From: a virus
IMG/VR virus record: IMGVR_UViG_3300030109_006161
Span: 45,250 to 109,249 of that record
Reading direction: 5' to 3' (one strand)
DNA: 64,000 nt
Shown: in pieces, positions 1-10,789 of the stretch
Layout: the number at the start of each line of letters is the position of its first letter
Numbering within the stretch: the first letter of the stretch is position 1
The notes under the pieces: model-generated
Told to the model about the DNA's origin: nothing
Databases searched by the model: none
The model's input: only the letters and a program-made list of their open reading frames with translations
Made by a program: the position numbers and the translations under genes

Positions 1-136
1 GTGGGAACAAAAACCAGTACCAATTATACACTACTGTAAAAGTAAATGCAATTGTAAACAACTGACCTAGGAAATGTAATAGTTTACACTTTGGGTGCTG
101 ATGTAATGTTAAATAAAATTCGTAGTATTCTTTCAT
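1..136 (-). CDS. DUF962/Mpo1-like membrane protein (partial, runs off window)
   Basis: Manual translation MKEYYEFYLTLHQHPKCKLLHFLGQLFT...; fits the FYLxxH...LHFxG pattern; not in ORF track. Confidence 0.6.
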   Translation of the reverse strand, partial: MKEYYEFYLTLHQHPKCKLLHFLGQLFTIAFTFTVVYNWYWFLFP

Positions 137-152
137 GTGTTATTTCCTTAGA

Positions 153-1094
153 TTAGTTTTGATATTTATTATCTATCTTAACTAATGGGAAAACTTTCAA
201 AAGCTCATCAATACCATTCTCAACTGTAATAGTAGTTTCAAATCCTAACGAATTAATCTTATCATAAGAAACAACATAGTTCCTTTTATCAACATCGCCA
301 TCGAAATCAGCATAATGTACATAACACTCTGTTTTAGACTGAATTAGATCGCAAACGTCTCTCTTGGAATAATTCATGGAATTTGACCCGACGTTATAAA
401 CTTCACCACTCATCCTATCAGAATTATTTACAGCGAACTCAAACACTCTTGCAATATCTCTAACATGTATAAAAGTTCTCATAAAATGAGATTCATAAAT
501 AACTATGTATTTTTGAGTGTGTGCCAAATAAGATAAATCATTTACAAGCAAATCTAATCGTAATCTTGGACTTACACCAAAGGCTGTGGCAAAACGAAAG
601 GCGCTACTGTTTTCATATTTCATCACCTCTTGTTCGCCAAGAGTTTTACTTATACCATAAATACTCAGGGGATTCAGTGGTGTTTCTTCAGTACACACGT
701 CTTCAACTGCGCCATAGTTTGAACCTGTAGAACCATAGACTAAAAACTGCTTGCCATCCAGACAGGAAATAACATTTTTAGTACCCTGGTGATTTACTGC
801 GTGGGCTAATTCCTCATCTCTGCGACAGGCAGCATAGCCTACAATAGCTGCAAGGTGTATAACAATATCCTGTCCTTCTGTTGCTTTTTTTAGCTCGTCA
901 ACATCAAGTATATCACCCTTGATGAATCTAAAGTTGGGTTCACCAAAATTGTGAATAAGCCCACTACCATCAACAGTCAAGTTATCATACACTGTAACTT
1001 GATGACCGTTTTTCAATAACAAAGGAACTAATGTTGTACCGATATAGCCAGCACCACCAGTCACAAGTATCTTTTTACTCATTTTTTTCTCCAT
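153..1094 (-). CDS. NAD-dependent nucleotide-sugar epimerase/dehydratase (extended SDR)
   Basis: TGGAGYIG Rossmann motif, HLAA, YGISK (YxxxK); probable start 1082. Confidence 0.9.
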   Translation of the reverse strand: MEKKMSKKILVTGGAGYIGTTLVPLLLKNGHQVTVYDNLTVDGSGLIHNFGEPNFRFIKGDILDVDELKKATEGQDIVIHLAAIVGYAACRRDEELAHAVNHQGTKNVISCLDGKQFLVYGSTGSNYGAVEDVCTEETPLNPLSIYGISKTLGEQEVMKYENSSAFRFATAFGVSPRLRLDLLVNDLSYLAHTQKYIVIYESHFMRTFIHVRDIARVFEFAVNNSDRMSGEVYNVGSNSMNYSKRDVCDLIQSKTECYVHYADFDGDVDKRNYVVSYDKINSLGFETTITVENGIDELLKVFPLVKIDNKYQN

Positions 1095-1130
1095 ATCAAA
1101 TATAAATTATAATTTTTGTTTCGTAAAGAT

Positions 1131-2048
1131 CTAAAGATTTTCTTTATAAAAGTCAACCGTGTTCCTGATACCTTCTTTATGGTCGTAAAAAGAAAAGTCA
1201 GGAAACTTTTCCCGGAACAACTCTGTCGATAGAATTTTTACGGGATCGCCATCTGGATACTGAGTATCAAATACTAATTCTCCTTCAAAACCACAAGCCT
1301 CTTGAATAAGCAGTGCCGATTCCTTAATTGAGTATCCCTTAGCTTGACCTACGTTAACAGGGTATTCAAGATGATCTATATCCATAGCTCGAATTAACAC
1401 CTCTACAAAATCATCAACGTAAGCCCATTCTCTAACAGGATTACCAGTTCCCCAAACAACAAACTCTCTATCTCCAGCTTGTTGTGCTTTTAGCATTCTT
1501 ATAACCATGCCATTCAAGGCATGAGTCTTAGTTGGATCAAGGGAATCCCCAGGTCCGTATGTGTTAGGTAATAGCAAATTTACAGTTTTTACCCCATATT
1601 GATTGTAATAACATTGGGATAGGTAATAAATTGCTCTTTTAGAGTTACCAAAAGAAAAAACCGAATCGTGAACTCCTCCATCGAGCCAGTTTTCTTCTAA
1701 TTGAATTGAACTATCTCCAGGGTACGAGCAGTTAGAAAACGGTTGAATTATTTTTATCTTAGGGTTATAATCTAGCACTGCCCTGTAGACATTCAAGTTC
1801 ATCTGAAGGTTATCACCATATACGTCAGCAGCATATTTTCTAACATACATCATACTACCGCCATGTGATGCAAGGTTATAAATCAGGTCAGGGTTTTCTT
1901 TTTCCAGAAAATTTCTAAATGATTGATAATCTAAAAGATCAAGTCCTAGAGTCTTGGAAGTCCTAGAGACAGTGTGTCCTTCTTTCACAAGGCGTTCATA
2001 AACCTTTTCACCAATAAAACCAGTACCACCAAGCACTAAAATTTTCAT
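1131..2048 (-). CDS. GDP-L-fucose synthase-like epimerase/reductase
   Basis: GGTGFIG, NTYGPGD, HAL, VWGTGNPVREW motifs of the Fcl/WcaG family; start moved to MKILVLGG (SD AGGAG). Confidence 0.75.
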   Translation of the reverse strand: MKILVLGGTGFIGEKVYERLVKEGHTVSRTSKTLGLDLLDYQSFRNFLEKENPDLIYNLASHGGSMMYVRKYAADVYGDNLQMNLNVYRAVLDYNPKIKIIQPFSNCSYPGDSSIQLEENWLDGGVHDSVFSFGNSKRAIYYLSQCYYNQYGVKTVNLLLPNTYGPGDSLDPTKTHALNGMVIRMLKAQQAGDREFVVWGTGNPVREWAYVDDFVEVLIRAMDIDHLEYPVNVGQAKGYSIKESALLIQEACGFEGELVFDTQYPDGDPVKILSTELFREKFPDFSFYDHKEGIRNTVDFYKENL

Positions 2049-2049
2049 T

Positions 2050-2733
2050 CTATTCTCCTGAGTATCTAAAAGTATAGCCATGGATTTTTATCCTAGGTCC
2101 GTAGCCATTATAATAAGTTGATTTTATAATTTTGTTTAGGTCTTCCTTGGAAATGTTAATATCAATATTTTCTAGTTTGTCGATATCTCTTATTCGACCT
2201 GTTTTCTTACCCCACTCATCCGTATTTAGAGAAGATATCCTAGATAGTTCGTCAGGACCCTGCACTGATAGTATATGTATTATATTAGCAAAAGAATCAA
2301 ATTGACATCTATGAACCTTATCTAGTAAACTCCCTACGTCATCTTCATCTTCTATAATTACTTTGTAAACATTTATTATAACTCCATTGTCAACATTCTT
2401 ATTCATATAATGAACTGTTACCCCAGTTTCAGCATCTTCATTATATAAAGCCCAATTTATACCACCAGACCCTGGGTATCTAGGGTGTGATGGGTGAAAG
2501 TTTATAGCTGCGATACTAGCCTTATTTAAGAACTGTTCTGGTAAAATACAATAAGACTTATAATGAAATATATAATCTCCATTCCACTCTTGGATTTCTT
2601 TTGGTATTTTACTACCTCTTTTTTTAGATGCTTTCCAGAAGGTTGTTTCAAAACCTTTTGACACAAGAAGATCTACAGCGTTGTTACTATATCGACAATC
2701 CTCAAAACCTATAAAGAGTGCTTTATTACTCAT
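2050..2733 (-). CDS. Formyltransferase (nucleotide-sugar N-formyltransferase-like)
   Basis: INFHPS-PRYPG, GVTVHYM, VDNG motifs of Formyl_trans_N. Confidence 0.85.
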   Translation of the reverse strand: MSNKALFIGFEDCRYSNNAVDLLVSKGFETTFWKASKKRGSKIPKEIQEWNGDYIFHYKSYCILPEQFLNKASIAAINFHPSHPRYPGSGGINWALYNEDAETGVTVHYMNKNVDNGVIINVYKVIIEDEDDVGSLLDKVHRCQFDSFANIIHILSVQGPDELSRISSLNTDEWGKKTGRIRDIDKLENIDINISKEDLNKIIKSTYYNGYGPRIKIHGYTFRYSGE

Positions 2734-3319
2734 TCTTAAACACATCCATTTGAGATAGATCAGGCCAGTCAGTGTAAACCCACTGTTTTGGTTTAGTGAC
2801 TATTGCGTCAGGAAGCTTCTTAAGTCCAAGCTCTGCCGTTTCTGGTGTCATATAATAATGATAACCTATGGACTTAATATTCTGTACTGACCAGGAAAGA
2901 TCTGGACTTCTTCCGTCATAAGACATTCTTTTCAAGGTGTCATACTCTTCCTTGTTGTCAAATAAAATAACCCCACCCCTACCGAGGCTTAAATGTTTTC
3001 TAAATTGAAAACTGATACACATGTATGTCCCTGGGATATAGCTATTTTCTTTCCAGTGAACGGCGGCGTCAATAATGTTTTCTGTTAGATAATAATAATC
3101 TTTCCACTTTTCATCGGTCCATTCTAGTTTTATGTTTAGTTTATCAGCCAACATAGGCACAGACAAATAAGTGTGTCTTGGCACCTTTATTTTATTTGTA
3201 CCCTTCATGCGTAAACAAAGTTCTAAACCATGAGTACAACAATCTACTGCCACTGCATATGGCGCTCCAAAAAACTTTGCTATTTCATTTTCAAAATCTG
3301 TTATGGATTGGAACGACAT
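2726..3319 (-). CDS. Short DegT/DnrJ/EryC1/StrS PLP aminotransferase
   Basis: FENEIAKFFGAPYAVAVDCCT, DAA, SFQFRKHL..GRGG; only 197 aa. Confidence 0.8.
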   Translation of the reverse strand: MSFQSITDFENEIAKFFGAPYAVAVDCCTHGLELCLRMKGTNKIKVPRHTYLSVPMLADKLNIKLEWTDEKWKDYYYLTENIIDAAVHWKENSYIPGTYMCISFQFRKHLSLGRGGVILFDNKEEYDTLKRMSYDGRSPDLSWSVQNIKSIGYHYYMTPETAELGLKKLPDAIVTKPKQWVYTDWPDLSQMDVFKNE

Positions 3320-4290
3320 TTGATTTCCCTCGCTTTGTTTAGAATATTATCAGCCATATGTTTCCAAGTATAATTTTGGGAGACTAAGTTATAAGCGTTA
3401 TTTATAATTCTACTTCTTTCACTATCATTCGAAAGATAAAAATCTAGTTTTTCTTCGAAGTTGCTAAGATCATTTTCAAATGTAACACATGTTTCACCGT
3501 CTATGAAGAAGTCGCCATACTGTTCTGGCATATTATTACACAATATCAAAGTTTTTGAAAGTGCTGCCTCAAAATACCTAGGACCTATATCTAATAGCGG
3601 ACCAGTTGTTGAAAGCCATATTTTGCACTCATTTATTTTCGTTGCATAATCCTCAAGTGTATTGATACGATATTCTAAAGTGTTGCTAGAATTCCAGAAA
3701 ACATTATATTTTTCGTTATTATTGATAATGTTACCAACTCTTTCTCGGAGGTTGGAAGTTGGTCCTTCAATTTTATTACTACCATCAGCCTCAATACCAT
3801 GAAGGGCACCTGAAAAACCTATATCATAGATCTTCTCAACTTCACGAGGATGGAACAATTTTGGTGTGGCTGTAAAAAACGATCTCTGAGATGGTACGCC
3901 AGCTATTTCTCCATATCTTTTATAGTTATGCTCTTGTGATTCTAATAAAAGATCTACATTGTTTATTTTACAAAAGTTTAGTTTTTCTTCTAATAAATTC
4001 TGGGGTTTGTGGATCAAACAAAAAACAGGGATGTCAGTTTCTGCTAATCCTTCAATTTTTCCAAATGCCGCTGATACAGGGATAGCAAAATAACCAAGAC
4101 CAAATACGATTAAATCAATAGGAGCGTCGCCTGCTATATTAAGAAGATCATCTATATGTTTAGGTATGCCCTGTACTAACCAGATATTCACATTTTCATT
4201 TGTTGCAAGTTCTCGGAGAAGGTCTCCATAATATTGATACATATAATCATCAGATACTTTATTCTCGGCGTCAACATATATTATATTCAC
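3301..4290 (-). CDS. Glycosyltransferase (CgeB/Glyco_trans_1_2-like)
   Basis: YDIGFSG, PRYFEAA, F.DGE, R.RI..NAY..V...YTW C-terminal pattern. Confidence 0.75.
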   Translation of the reverse strand: MNIIYVDAENKVSDDYMYQYYGDLLRELATNENVNIWLVQGIPKHIDDLLNIAGDAPIDLIVFGLGYFAIPVSAAFGKIEGLAETDIPVFCLIHKPQNLLEEKLNFCKINNVDLLLESQEHNYKRYGEIAGVPSQRSFFTATPKLFHPREVEKIYDIGFSGALHGIEADGSNKIEGPTSNLRERVGNIINNNEKYNVFWNSSNTLEYRINTLEDYATKINECKIWLSTTGPLLDIGPRYFEAALSKTLILCNNMPEQYGDFFIDGETCVTFENDLSNFEEKLDFYLSNDSERSRIINNAYNLVSQNYTWKHMADNILNKAREIKCRSNP

Positions 4291-5195
4291 TTAGAGTTAT
4301 CCTTTACTCCTGGAGCGTAGTCACACAAATGACGTAGAGCGCCTTGACTGTGATATCCTTCGTCTACAGTTTTTAGATCATGTATGTTGTCCCCATGGTG
4401 TATGAGGTAAAACAAACTGTTTACGTCATTATCTCCCCATCTATACTTGTAAATGCCACCATATTGATTCACAGCGTTGATCCACTGTTTCCATTCAGGC
4501 GTTTCAAACATAGAAATCTTAACAACATATGAATCGGCACAAGGATAGAAATGAAAGTTTTTATCAGCCTCTGGATCTGATAATAAATTTTTCATAAACT
4601 CGGATTTTGGTTCGACATTATAATGCTTCAAATAGCCTTTTACAAACTTCCAAAGATTGATTCTGGTATCAAAGTTTCCCTGGTGAGGTATTTTCTTTGT
4701 TTGATCATATACCTTCAGAGCACCCATCGGTTCGGACTGATTCTTCATAACTTCGAATGGATCGTAAGTCATCGGCTTAACAAACATAGACTCATCGTCA
4801 ACACTCATTGTATAATCATATTTTTCAAATTCAGTATTAGGATAACCATAATAATTTGACATAAAGTGACACATGTGTAGATATCCCTTACGAGATATTG
4901 GAAATTGTGTCCTTACATACCAAACATCCTGTCGATTATAAAACAACTGATCTTCTGGGATGTGTGCTGGTGTTTCGTATGGAATAGATACAAAATTAAC
5001 ATTTTGTGGTGTCTCATTAGCAATCATCTGCCTGAATTCTTCTGAATCATAGATGTCATCAAAATAGAATACATAGACTGGGTAGTCATGCTTAATATTG
5101 TAGTTTTCCCACAAAGCTTTAAGGCTCTGTTGAATACAGGCTTTTCTAGAAGAAATGTATGTTATACAAGCTTTTAGTTTATTATCATTTTCCAT
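4287..5195 (-). CDS. GT15 (KRE2/MNT1-like) alpha-mannosyltransferase
   Basis: GYLHMCHF, KYDY...VD, GGIYKYRWGD match GT15 signatures (YRHMCRF, GGxYxxRWGD). Confidence 0.75.
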   Translation of the reverse strand: MENDNKLKACITYISSRKACIQQSLKALWENYNIKHDYPVYVFYFDDIYDSEEFRQMIANETPQNVNFVSIPYETPAHIPEDQLFYNRQDVWYVRTQFPISRKGYLHMCHFMSNYYGYPNTEFEKYDYTMSVDDESMFVKPMTYDPFEVMKNQSEPMGALKVYDQTKKIPHQGNFDTRINLWKFVKGYLKHYNVEPKSEFMKNLLSDPEADKNFHFYPCADSYVVKISMFETPEWKQWINAVNQYGGIYKYRWGDNDVNSLFYLIHHGDNIHDLKTVDEGYHSQGALRHLCDYAPGVKDNSK

Positions 5196-6198
5196 ATCTA
5201 ACTCCTGCGCTTTTATATATATCTGTTATCAAGTCCAACGAATCAAAAGAGATAGAGACATCAAAATCATCAAGCTTGGCGTATAACTCTGGGTGGTTCG
5301 GACACGAGCCTTTGTACTTACCATAAGAATTTGATTCTTTCGCCTCTTTCAATTGTAATATTATTTTTTCGTATTGCTTTTTTAGGTCTTTATGTTCTTT
5401 TAGGAAGTGTACTTTGGTTATTTTATCTAAAGCCTTGCCGCCGAGTTCTATGAAGCCATACTCTGTCATAATTGCCATAGAACATTCTATGTTTTTTGGC
5501 TCGCAGGCTATGGTAATCTCAACTGTTCCGCCAAAATCTCCAAAGTTCATCAAAGAATAGACAGTATCTTCTATGGTGGTTGTCTTATGCTTTGTGTTAT
5601 ACAAAGAAGATGAGTCAACTTGAGGCTTTCCAAAAAGATAACATAAGATGTCTAGGTAATGTATGCCACACTCGTGAAGAGTTCCGCCTCCAAGAAGAGG
5701 ATTGCCACGCCAGTCGTCAAAATATTCCTGAGGTCTTTGCCATCGCTGAATCAGGCTGACTCCTCTAATCTTACCCAACAGACCTGAATCTATCATTTGC
5801 TTAACGGCAGAGACGACTGGATTTAATCTTACTTGCAGAACTGAATATGCCCTCTGGTTATTATCTTTTGCTATCTTCTCTATTCTTCTGGCTAGTTCTG
5901 AACTGATACACACGGGTTTTTCTATCAACACGTCGCATTTGTTTTCCAAACAGTATTTTGCTTGGTGGAAATGTAGTGAATTTGGAGTAGCAATAACCAC
6001 AAAATTTATATCTTCATTATCAACCATATCTTTGAAGTCTGTGTACGTGGCTACATCGTACTTCGATGATAGTTTATTGAGTAAACTTTCATCGATATCA
6101 CAAAGTGCTTTAAGTTCAAAGTCTTTATTCTTTTCAATCGATTCTAGATGGCGGACTAATATCTTACCACAGCCGATTATTCCTACTGTATACTTCAT
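5185..6198 (-). CDS. Gfo/Idh/MocA oxidoreductase (WbpB/WlbA-like sugar dehydrogenase)
   Basis: GIIGCGKI, IATPNSLH, LIEKP, GGTL....IHYLD. Confidence 0.85.
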   Translation of the reverse strand: MKYTVGIIGCGKILVRHLESIEKNKDFELKALCDIDESLLNKLSSKYDVATYTDFKDMVDNEDINFVVIATPNSLHFHQAKYCLENKCDVLIEKPVCISSELARRIEKIAKDNNQRAYSVLQVRLNPVVSAVKQMIDSGLLGKIRGVSLIQRWQRPQEYFDDWRGNPLLGGGTLHECGIHYLDILCYLFGKPQVDSSSLYNTKHKTTTIEDTVYSLMNFGDFGGTVEITIACEPKNIECSMAIMTEYGFIELGGKALDKITKVHFLKEHKDLKKQYEKIILQLKEAKESNSYGKYKGSCPNHPELYAKLDDFDVSISFDSLDLITDIYKSAGVRYGK

Positions 6199-6203
6199 AT
6201 TTT

Positions 6204-7013
6204 CTACTTATAGTTTCCATCACGAATTTTTTTAGCCACGCTTTCTGCAATGGGACAATCTCCTGTTATCCCCTTCCTTTTGTATACAGGCTGATTATAA
6301 ACAACTTCTGGATAGTGTCCTGTTGACGGTCCTCTTAATCCCAATTCAGCACGAACTCCTGTCATGTGAATCTTCATTTGCTCTAGTGCCATTAAGCATA
6401 GTGGCTCAGCAAGACGGAAATTAAAACCAACATACTCATGGTTGTATTTTCCAACTTGACCTTGGTCGCATATTGATCGTATTTTTCTTGCATCCAACTT
6501 AGAGTTTTTAGGAATGCAGATCATACCGCCTTCAAATGTTGATATATTTTTTGTCTTGTAAAAAGAGAAAGTACCAACATCAGAAATCATACCAGCATTT
6601 CTATTTTTGGAATCAACAGCACCGAAAGACTGTGCTGTATCTTCAATAACAACTAGGTTATGTTTTTCTGCTATTTCCATAATTGCATCCATTTCACATA
6701 CTCTTCCATACAGATGAACTGGTATAATAGCTTTGGTATTAGGAGTTATGGCAGCTTCAATTTTTTCTGGGTCGATTAAGAGTGTCTTTGGATCTATGTC
6801 AACAAATACTGGTTTTGCTCCGGCAATAACTATAGCATTAGATGTTGCTATAAAAGTAAGAGGCGTAGTGATTACTTCATCTGTAGGTTCAAAATCCATA
6901 GACCACAAAGGGGCAATCAAAGCAGAAGTGCCGTTGTTTACTGCAATACAGTCCTCAAGATTATATGTATCTTTTACATATTCTTCGAAAATATTTCTAA
7001 CAATTGCTGGCAT
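6204..7013 (-). CDS. DegT-family sugar aminotransferase (shortened)
   Basis: NNGTSAL, TPLTFIAT, IIPVHLYG, IEDTAQS, SFYKTKN...EGG; start at MPAIV (SD GGAG). Confidence 0.88.
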   Translation of the reverse strand: MPAIVRNIFEEYVKDTYNLEDCIAVNNGTSALIAPLWSMDFEPTDEVITTPLTFIATSNAIVIAGAKPVFVDIDPKTLLIDPEKIEAAITPNTKAIIPVHLYGRVCEMDAIMEIAEKHNLVVIEDTAQSFGAVDSKNRNAGMISDVGTFSFYKTKNISTFEGGMICIPKNSKLDARKIRSICDQGQVGKYNHEYVGFNFRLAEPLCLMALEQMKIHMTGVRAELGLRGPSTGHYPEVVYNQPVYKRKGITGDCPIAESVAKKIRDGNYK

Positions 7014-7899
7014 AGACTTTCTCCATGAAAGAATCATACAAAGCTGCTGTATCTTTTATATTATAACTGTAATCGGAATAATTTTTAACTTTATTAGAAA
7101 AATCCAAAATAGGTGGATTATACAGTTCGACAGGACTATAATCCCAATCGTTCTCTTTTATAACAATAGCATCGCTACCTGCTATTTCTTTTGTACCTCC
7201 AGCACTGGAACAAATGATCTGACATCCTGATGCCAAGGCATCAACTACCACATTAGGACAATGATCTAACCAAGCGAGATGAATGAAGTACTTTGAGGCT
7301 TTATAAAGGGAATACAATTGTACTTGAGTTAAGTTTCCGAAGTAAGTTATTTGAGGATGTTTTACTTTTTCTTCTGGTGGCACAGAACCTGCAACTATTA
7401 ATAGATCATTATCACCACAATGTTCTAAGAAGTATCTAATGTTTTCGTTCAATCTTTTATGAGGTCTCCAAGAGGAAGCGCAGCACCAAATATTATCGTA
7501 CTTGTTATTGTTCATCTCTTCTGTTTTCACAATTGTTTGTAAATCAGCACCGTTGTGAATGACTGTAGAGCAAGGATGTTCTCCAAAATATTTCTTTATA
7601 AGTGTTTCACAGAAACTTGACTGGTAAATTACACCCTCACACATCTGATATGTTCTCAAAATATTCTTGTTGAGTAAGTTGTAATCTTGTGCTGTATTAA
7701 AGTAAATGCCATCCAACCTTAGAACTTGAGGGATATTCAATTTTTGACGAGGTGATTCAATAAAGCATAGAGACATATCAGCCTCGGCTATTGTTGTAAA
7801 TTCGTGACCCATTTCTACTAACTTTGGTCCAAGTTTGTTTGCAAAAGAGTTTGGACCGCTCGTACTATTGAGATTTACGTTTTCTAGATGTAACTTCAT
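6997..7899 (-). CDS. GT4-family glycosyltransferase
   Basis: VIHNG, WRPHKR, DHCPNVVVDALASG, GGTKEI. Confidence 0.8.
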   Translation of the reverse strand: MKLHLENVNLNSTSGPNSFANKLGPKLVEMGHEFTTIAEADMSLCFIESPRQKLNIPQVLRLDGIYFNTAQDYNLLNKNILRTYQMCEGVIYQSSFCETLIKKYFGEHPCSTVIHNGADLQTIVKTEEMNNNKYDNIWCCASSWRPHKRLNENIRYFLEHCGDNDLLIVAGSVPPEEKVKHPQITYFGNLTQVQLYSLYKASKYFIHLAWLDHCPNVVVDALASGCQIICSSAGGTKEIAGSDAIVIKENDWDYSPVELYNPPILDFSNKVKNYSDYSYNIKDTAALYDSFMEKVYASNC

Positions 7900-7901
7900 T
7901 T

Positions 7902-9515
7902 CTACAACCTGTCATATTTTTGCTTTTTTCTTATTTCAAGCATGTATTCATATTGTTTTTGTGCCTTTGTTTTATTGACAGCATTTGGATTAGTTACATT
8001 ATACACATAAGTAACCTCGGGAACAAATTTAGACCTAGAGCCTGCCATTTCTAACATAGGTAACATCATAACTTGATCGTATGATATTTCGTAAAAGTTT
8101 CCTTCTTTATTGATTAGATCTTCTTTTTTTACTTTATCCCACAAAGAAAATTTAAAGGTCTTAAGGTGTGATGCCCGCCACTTATCGGATCTAAAATTAT
8201 TGTTTTCGATTATTTCTTGGGGATATTCACTAGCCTCTTCTCCGATACCTCCGTCTGGGAATCTAGCAAAACTACCATAAGTCATCAAACAATCAGAGTT
8301 TTTGTAATAGTGGTTTAGTTGTGATAATACATTACAATTTGGAAACCAATCATCACCGTCTAAAACAACTATTACATCTTCTGGTGAGGGTTTTGACTCT
8401 AGGATTGTATCATATATGTTTTTTAATGCATATTTTTTATTAGAGCACTTCACAACACTAAACTTGTCGCCGGTTGTAAATCTTTCCGCAACTTGAAATG
8501 TATTGTCGGTAGACATATCGTCAGAAACATAACATTCATAATTTTCATACTTCTGATCTTGAACGCTTTCGATTGTTCTTGAGATCCAGTTTTCAGAATT
8601 ATAAACAGGAACAATAATCTTAAATCTTGTATCTTCTGGCTCTTGGTGTATTTGTGGGACTTTGCTTCCCATATGCTTATATGTTTCACTCCAGAAAATA
8701 TCCGCCCTGGTCTGGAGGTACTCTAATGCATGTTCTCTTGAGCCAGTAAACCAGTCTTCATTTTTGTGTTGTACATTATCATTGAGTATAAGCTCGCAAC
8801 CAAGTAATTTTGCCTCAATAACTGTTCTCGGACATGTGTCGGAACCCTCTGGTAGGAAAATAAATCCTTTTGCTTTTGCAAACTTTTTCAACATCGCAGA
8901 GTACTCTACCCCTGAGAAGGTTTCATATGGTATTTCTTTCTGTATAGCATATTCTACTGCCTTATTTGATCCTTTAACCCATGAGGGAGAGTCTTGAATC
9001 AGCCAAACATTATCTTTTTCATTTTGATCCAAAGAGTTTATATATTCAATAGTTTGATTATTAAATACAGAACTTAGAACACGAGTTGTTGGCTTTTCAA
9101 GAAAGGGGAACAAATCGTAATAGATTTGTCTTTGTGCTGCGGACATAAACCAAAGGTTGTTTGCTTTTGCGAAAAATATTGAAAATAGTTTTCCCCTTTG
9201 GCTGTTTTGACAATCACATTTACCCTCGCTAGCTATATGTTTTTCTGGCAATCTATAAGAGCAAAACTTATAATCATATTCTATGACTGTATAGTTTAGA
9301 TTTTTGCACGCATAAAGAATAATATCATTAGGTAACCCAGCACAGTTGCCAAATATCCAGTATTTATCCTGATGTTCGTCTATAATTTGCTTTGTTACTT
9401 TTTGAGAATGAACTGTCAATACAGGTATTTTTGTTGCATCAATAATTGCCTGAGTTGTTAGCTCACCTCCGCCCACGTAATCTTGGACGAAAAGGTCTTG
9501 GACAAAAACTATCAT
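7902..9515 (-). CDS. Bifunctional glycosyltransferase (GT-B N-terminus + GT2 C-terminus)
   Basis: DTCPRTVIEAKLLGC in N-half; IIVPVYN, DDMSTDNT, LDGDD in C-half. Confidence 0.85.
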   Translation of the reverse strand: MIVFVQDLFVQDYVGGGELTTQAIIDATKIPVLTVHSQKVTKQIIDEHQDKYWIFGNCAGLPNDIILYACKNLNYTVIEYDYKFCSYRLPEKHIASEGKCDCQNSQRGKLFSIFFAKANNLWFMSAAQRQIYYDLFPFLEKPTTRVLSSVFNNQTIEYINSLDQNEKDNVWLIQDSPSWVKGSNKAVEYAIQKEIPYETFSGVEYSAMLKKFAKAKGFIFLPEGSDTCPRTVIEAKLLGCELILNDNVQHKNEDWFTGSREHALEYLQTRADIFWSETYKHMGSKVPQIHQEPEDTRFKIIVPVYNSENWISRTIESVQDQKYENYECYVSDDMSTDNTFQVAERFTTGDKFSVVKCSNKKYALKNIYDTILESKPSPEDVIVVLDGDDWFPNCNVLSQLNHYYKNSDCLMTYGSFARFPDGGIGEEASEYPQEIIENNNFRSDKWRASHLKTFKFSLWDKVKKEDLINKEGNFYEISYDQVMMLPMLEMAGSRSKFVPEVTYVYNVTNPNAVNKTKAQKQYEYMLEIRKKQKYDRL

Positions 9516-9517
9516 CC

Positions 9518-10789
9518 CTAGCCCTCTTGACTTAGGGATGCAAACATATTATTTATCTCTTCGTCGTCTTTTGATGTGTCAATATATGGATCGAAAACAT
9601 CCAAGTATTTATTACAGATTATATCTTCACTAAAATTATGTTTCAGGTGTTCCTTTAGACCTTCAGCACGAACATTGCGGTAATTTAGACCGTTATACAT
9701 TTCTCGGAGTCTTTTTTTGTAACTTTCTTCTTCAGGATAACACCATTGAGCTTCCTTAGATATGACCCCTTCCCAAACAACTTCGGGTTGAACTGGTCCA
9801 ATACCAAATTTGATCTTTTCAAATAAAGGTGTATCTTTTACTTTCCCTGATTTTTCATTTTTTACTGGCGCATAAAGGAAATCATTTTGTCCCGACCAAG
9901 CTGGGGCAATAACAGGAAGTCCAGAATAAGCAGCTTCAAAAATTGGTAAACCAAATCCTTCACCATGCGTTGTTGTTACATATGCCTTAATTTTAGGGTG
10001 CGTATACAGTCCGTGCATTTCTTCAGCAGTCATATCTCCGTGGATGAAATATACTTTACACTTTCTATCTGATCCATACGATGCTAAAGTTAGCTCAATA
10101 TGTCTTGCTAGTTTTTTTCTATCGATAAGCGACATATTCATCTGATGACTTTTAATTACCAAGCCAACGTCTTCATTGTGCTTGAACTCATCTACAAACC
10201 ACTTAATACTAGCTACAATATTTTTTCTTGGACCCCACTGAGCAACAGTAAGGAAATTAAAATTACTCGAAATATCAATTTTGTCTGACATATCCACTGG
10301 CTCTAAATTCTTCACAGGATAACCAATAACTTCTACTGGGGTCTGACATTTTAGCAAATGAGTAGCACCAGTATTCTGATCTTGTACATGGTATTCAGTT
10401 CCTTCAAAAACATTTTTACTATGATTAGAGATAACAACAATTTTATCCATAAGGTTTGCTTGTTGTAGCCAAACTGGATCGACTCTATCAACTTCAATCC
10501 CGGCAGTAACTCCAATATTCACTTGTGCTAATCTTTTCCATTCATTTGGAATAGTAACTTGAATAGATAAGTCAAAATGAGGTGGAGGCGAGGACATTTT
10601 ATCCATGTCTTCTTTGAGATAGGGTCCTATTTTTTCAGGCTGCATGATCCACGAACTTTGTCCCCACTCCAAAGGCTGTACACAAACATTAATGGATGAA
10701 TTTCTTTTAAGTGACTTATAAACAAGTCTTGCATGTTCCCCATATCCACTTCTGGATAAAATTGGTGCTGTTAGTAATACGTTTTTCAT
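9518..10789 (-). CDS. GT4-family glycosyltransferase
   Basis: SGYG, PRKNI, GEGFGLPIFEAAYSGLPVI. Confidence 0.88.
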   Translation of the reverse strand: MKNVLLTAPILSRSGYGEHARLVYKSLKRNSSINVCVQPLEWGQSSWIMQPEKIGPYLKEDMDKMSSPPPHFDLSIQVTIPNEWKRLAQVNIGVTAGIEVDRVDPVWLQQANLMDKIVVISNHSKNVFEGTEYHVQDQNTGATHLLKCQTPVEVIGYPVKNLEPVDMSDKIDISSNFNFLTVAQWGPRKNIVASIKWFVDEFKHNEDVGLVIKSHQMNMSLIDRKKLARHIELTLASYGSDRKCKVYFIHGDMTAEEMHGLYTHPKIKAYVTTTHGEGFGLPIFEAAYSGLPVIAPAWSGQNDFLYAPVKNEKSGKVKDTPLFEKIKFGIGPVQPEVVWEGVISKEAQWCYPEEESYKKRLREMYNGLNYRNVRAEGLKEHLKHNFSEDIICNKYLDVFDPYIDTSKDDEEINNMFASLSQEG

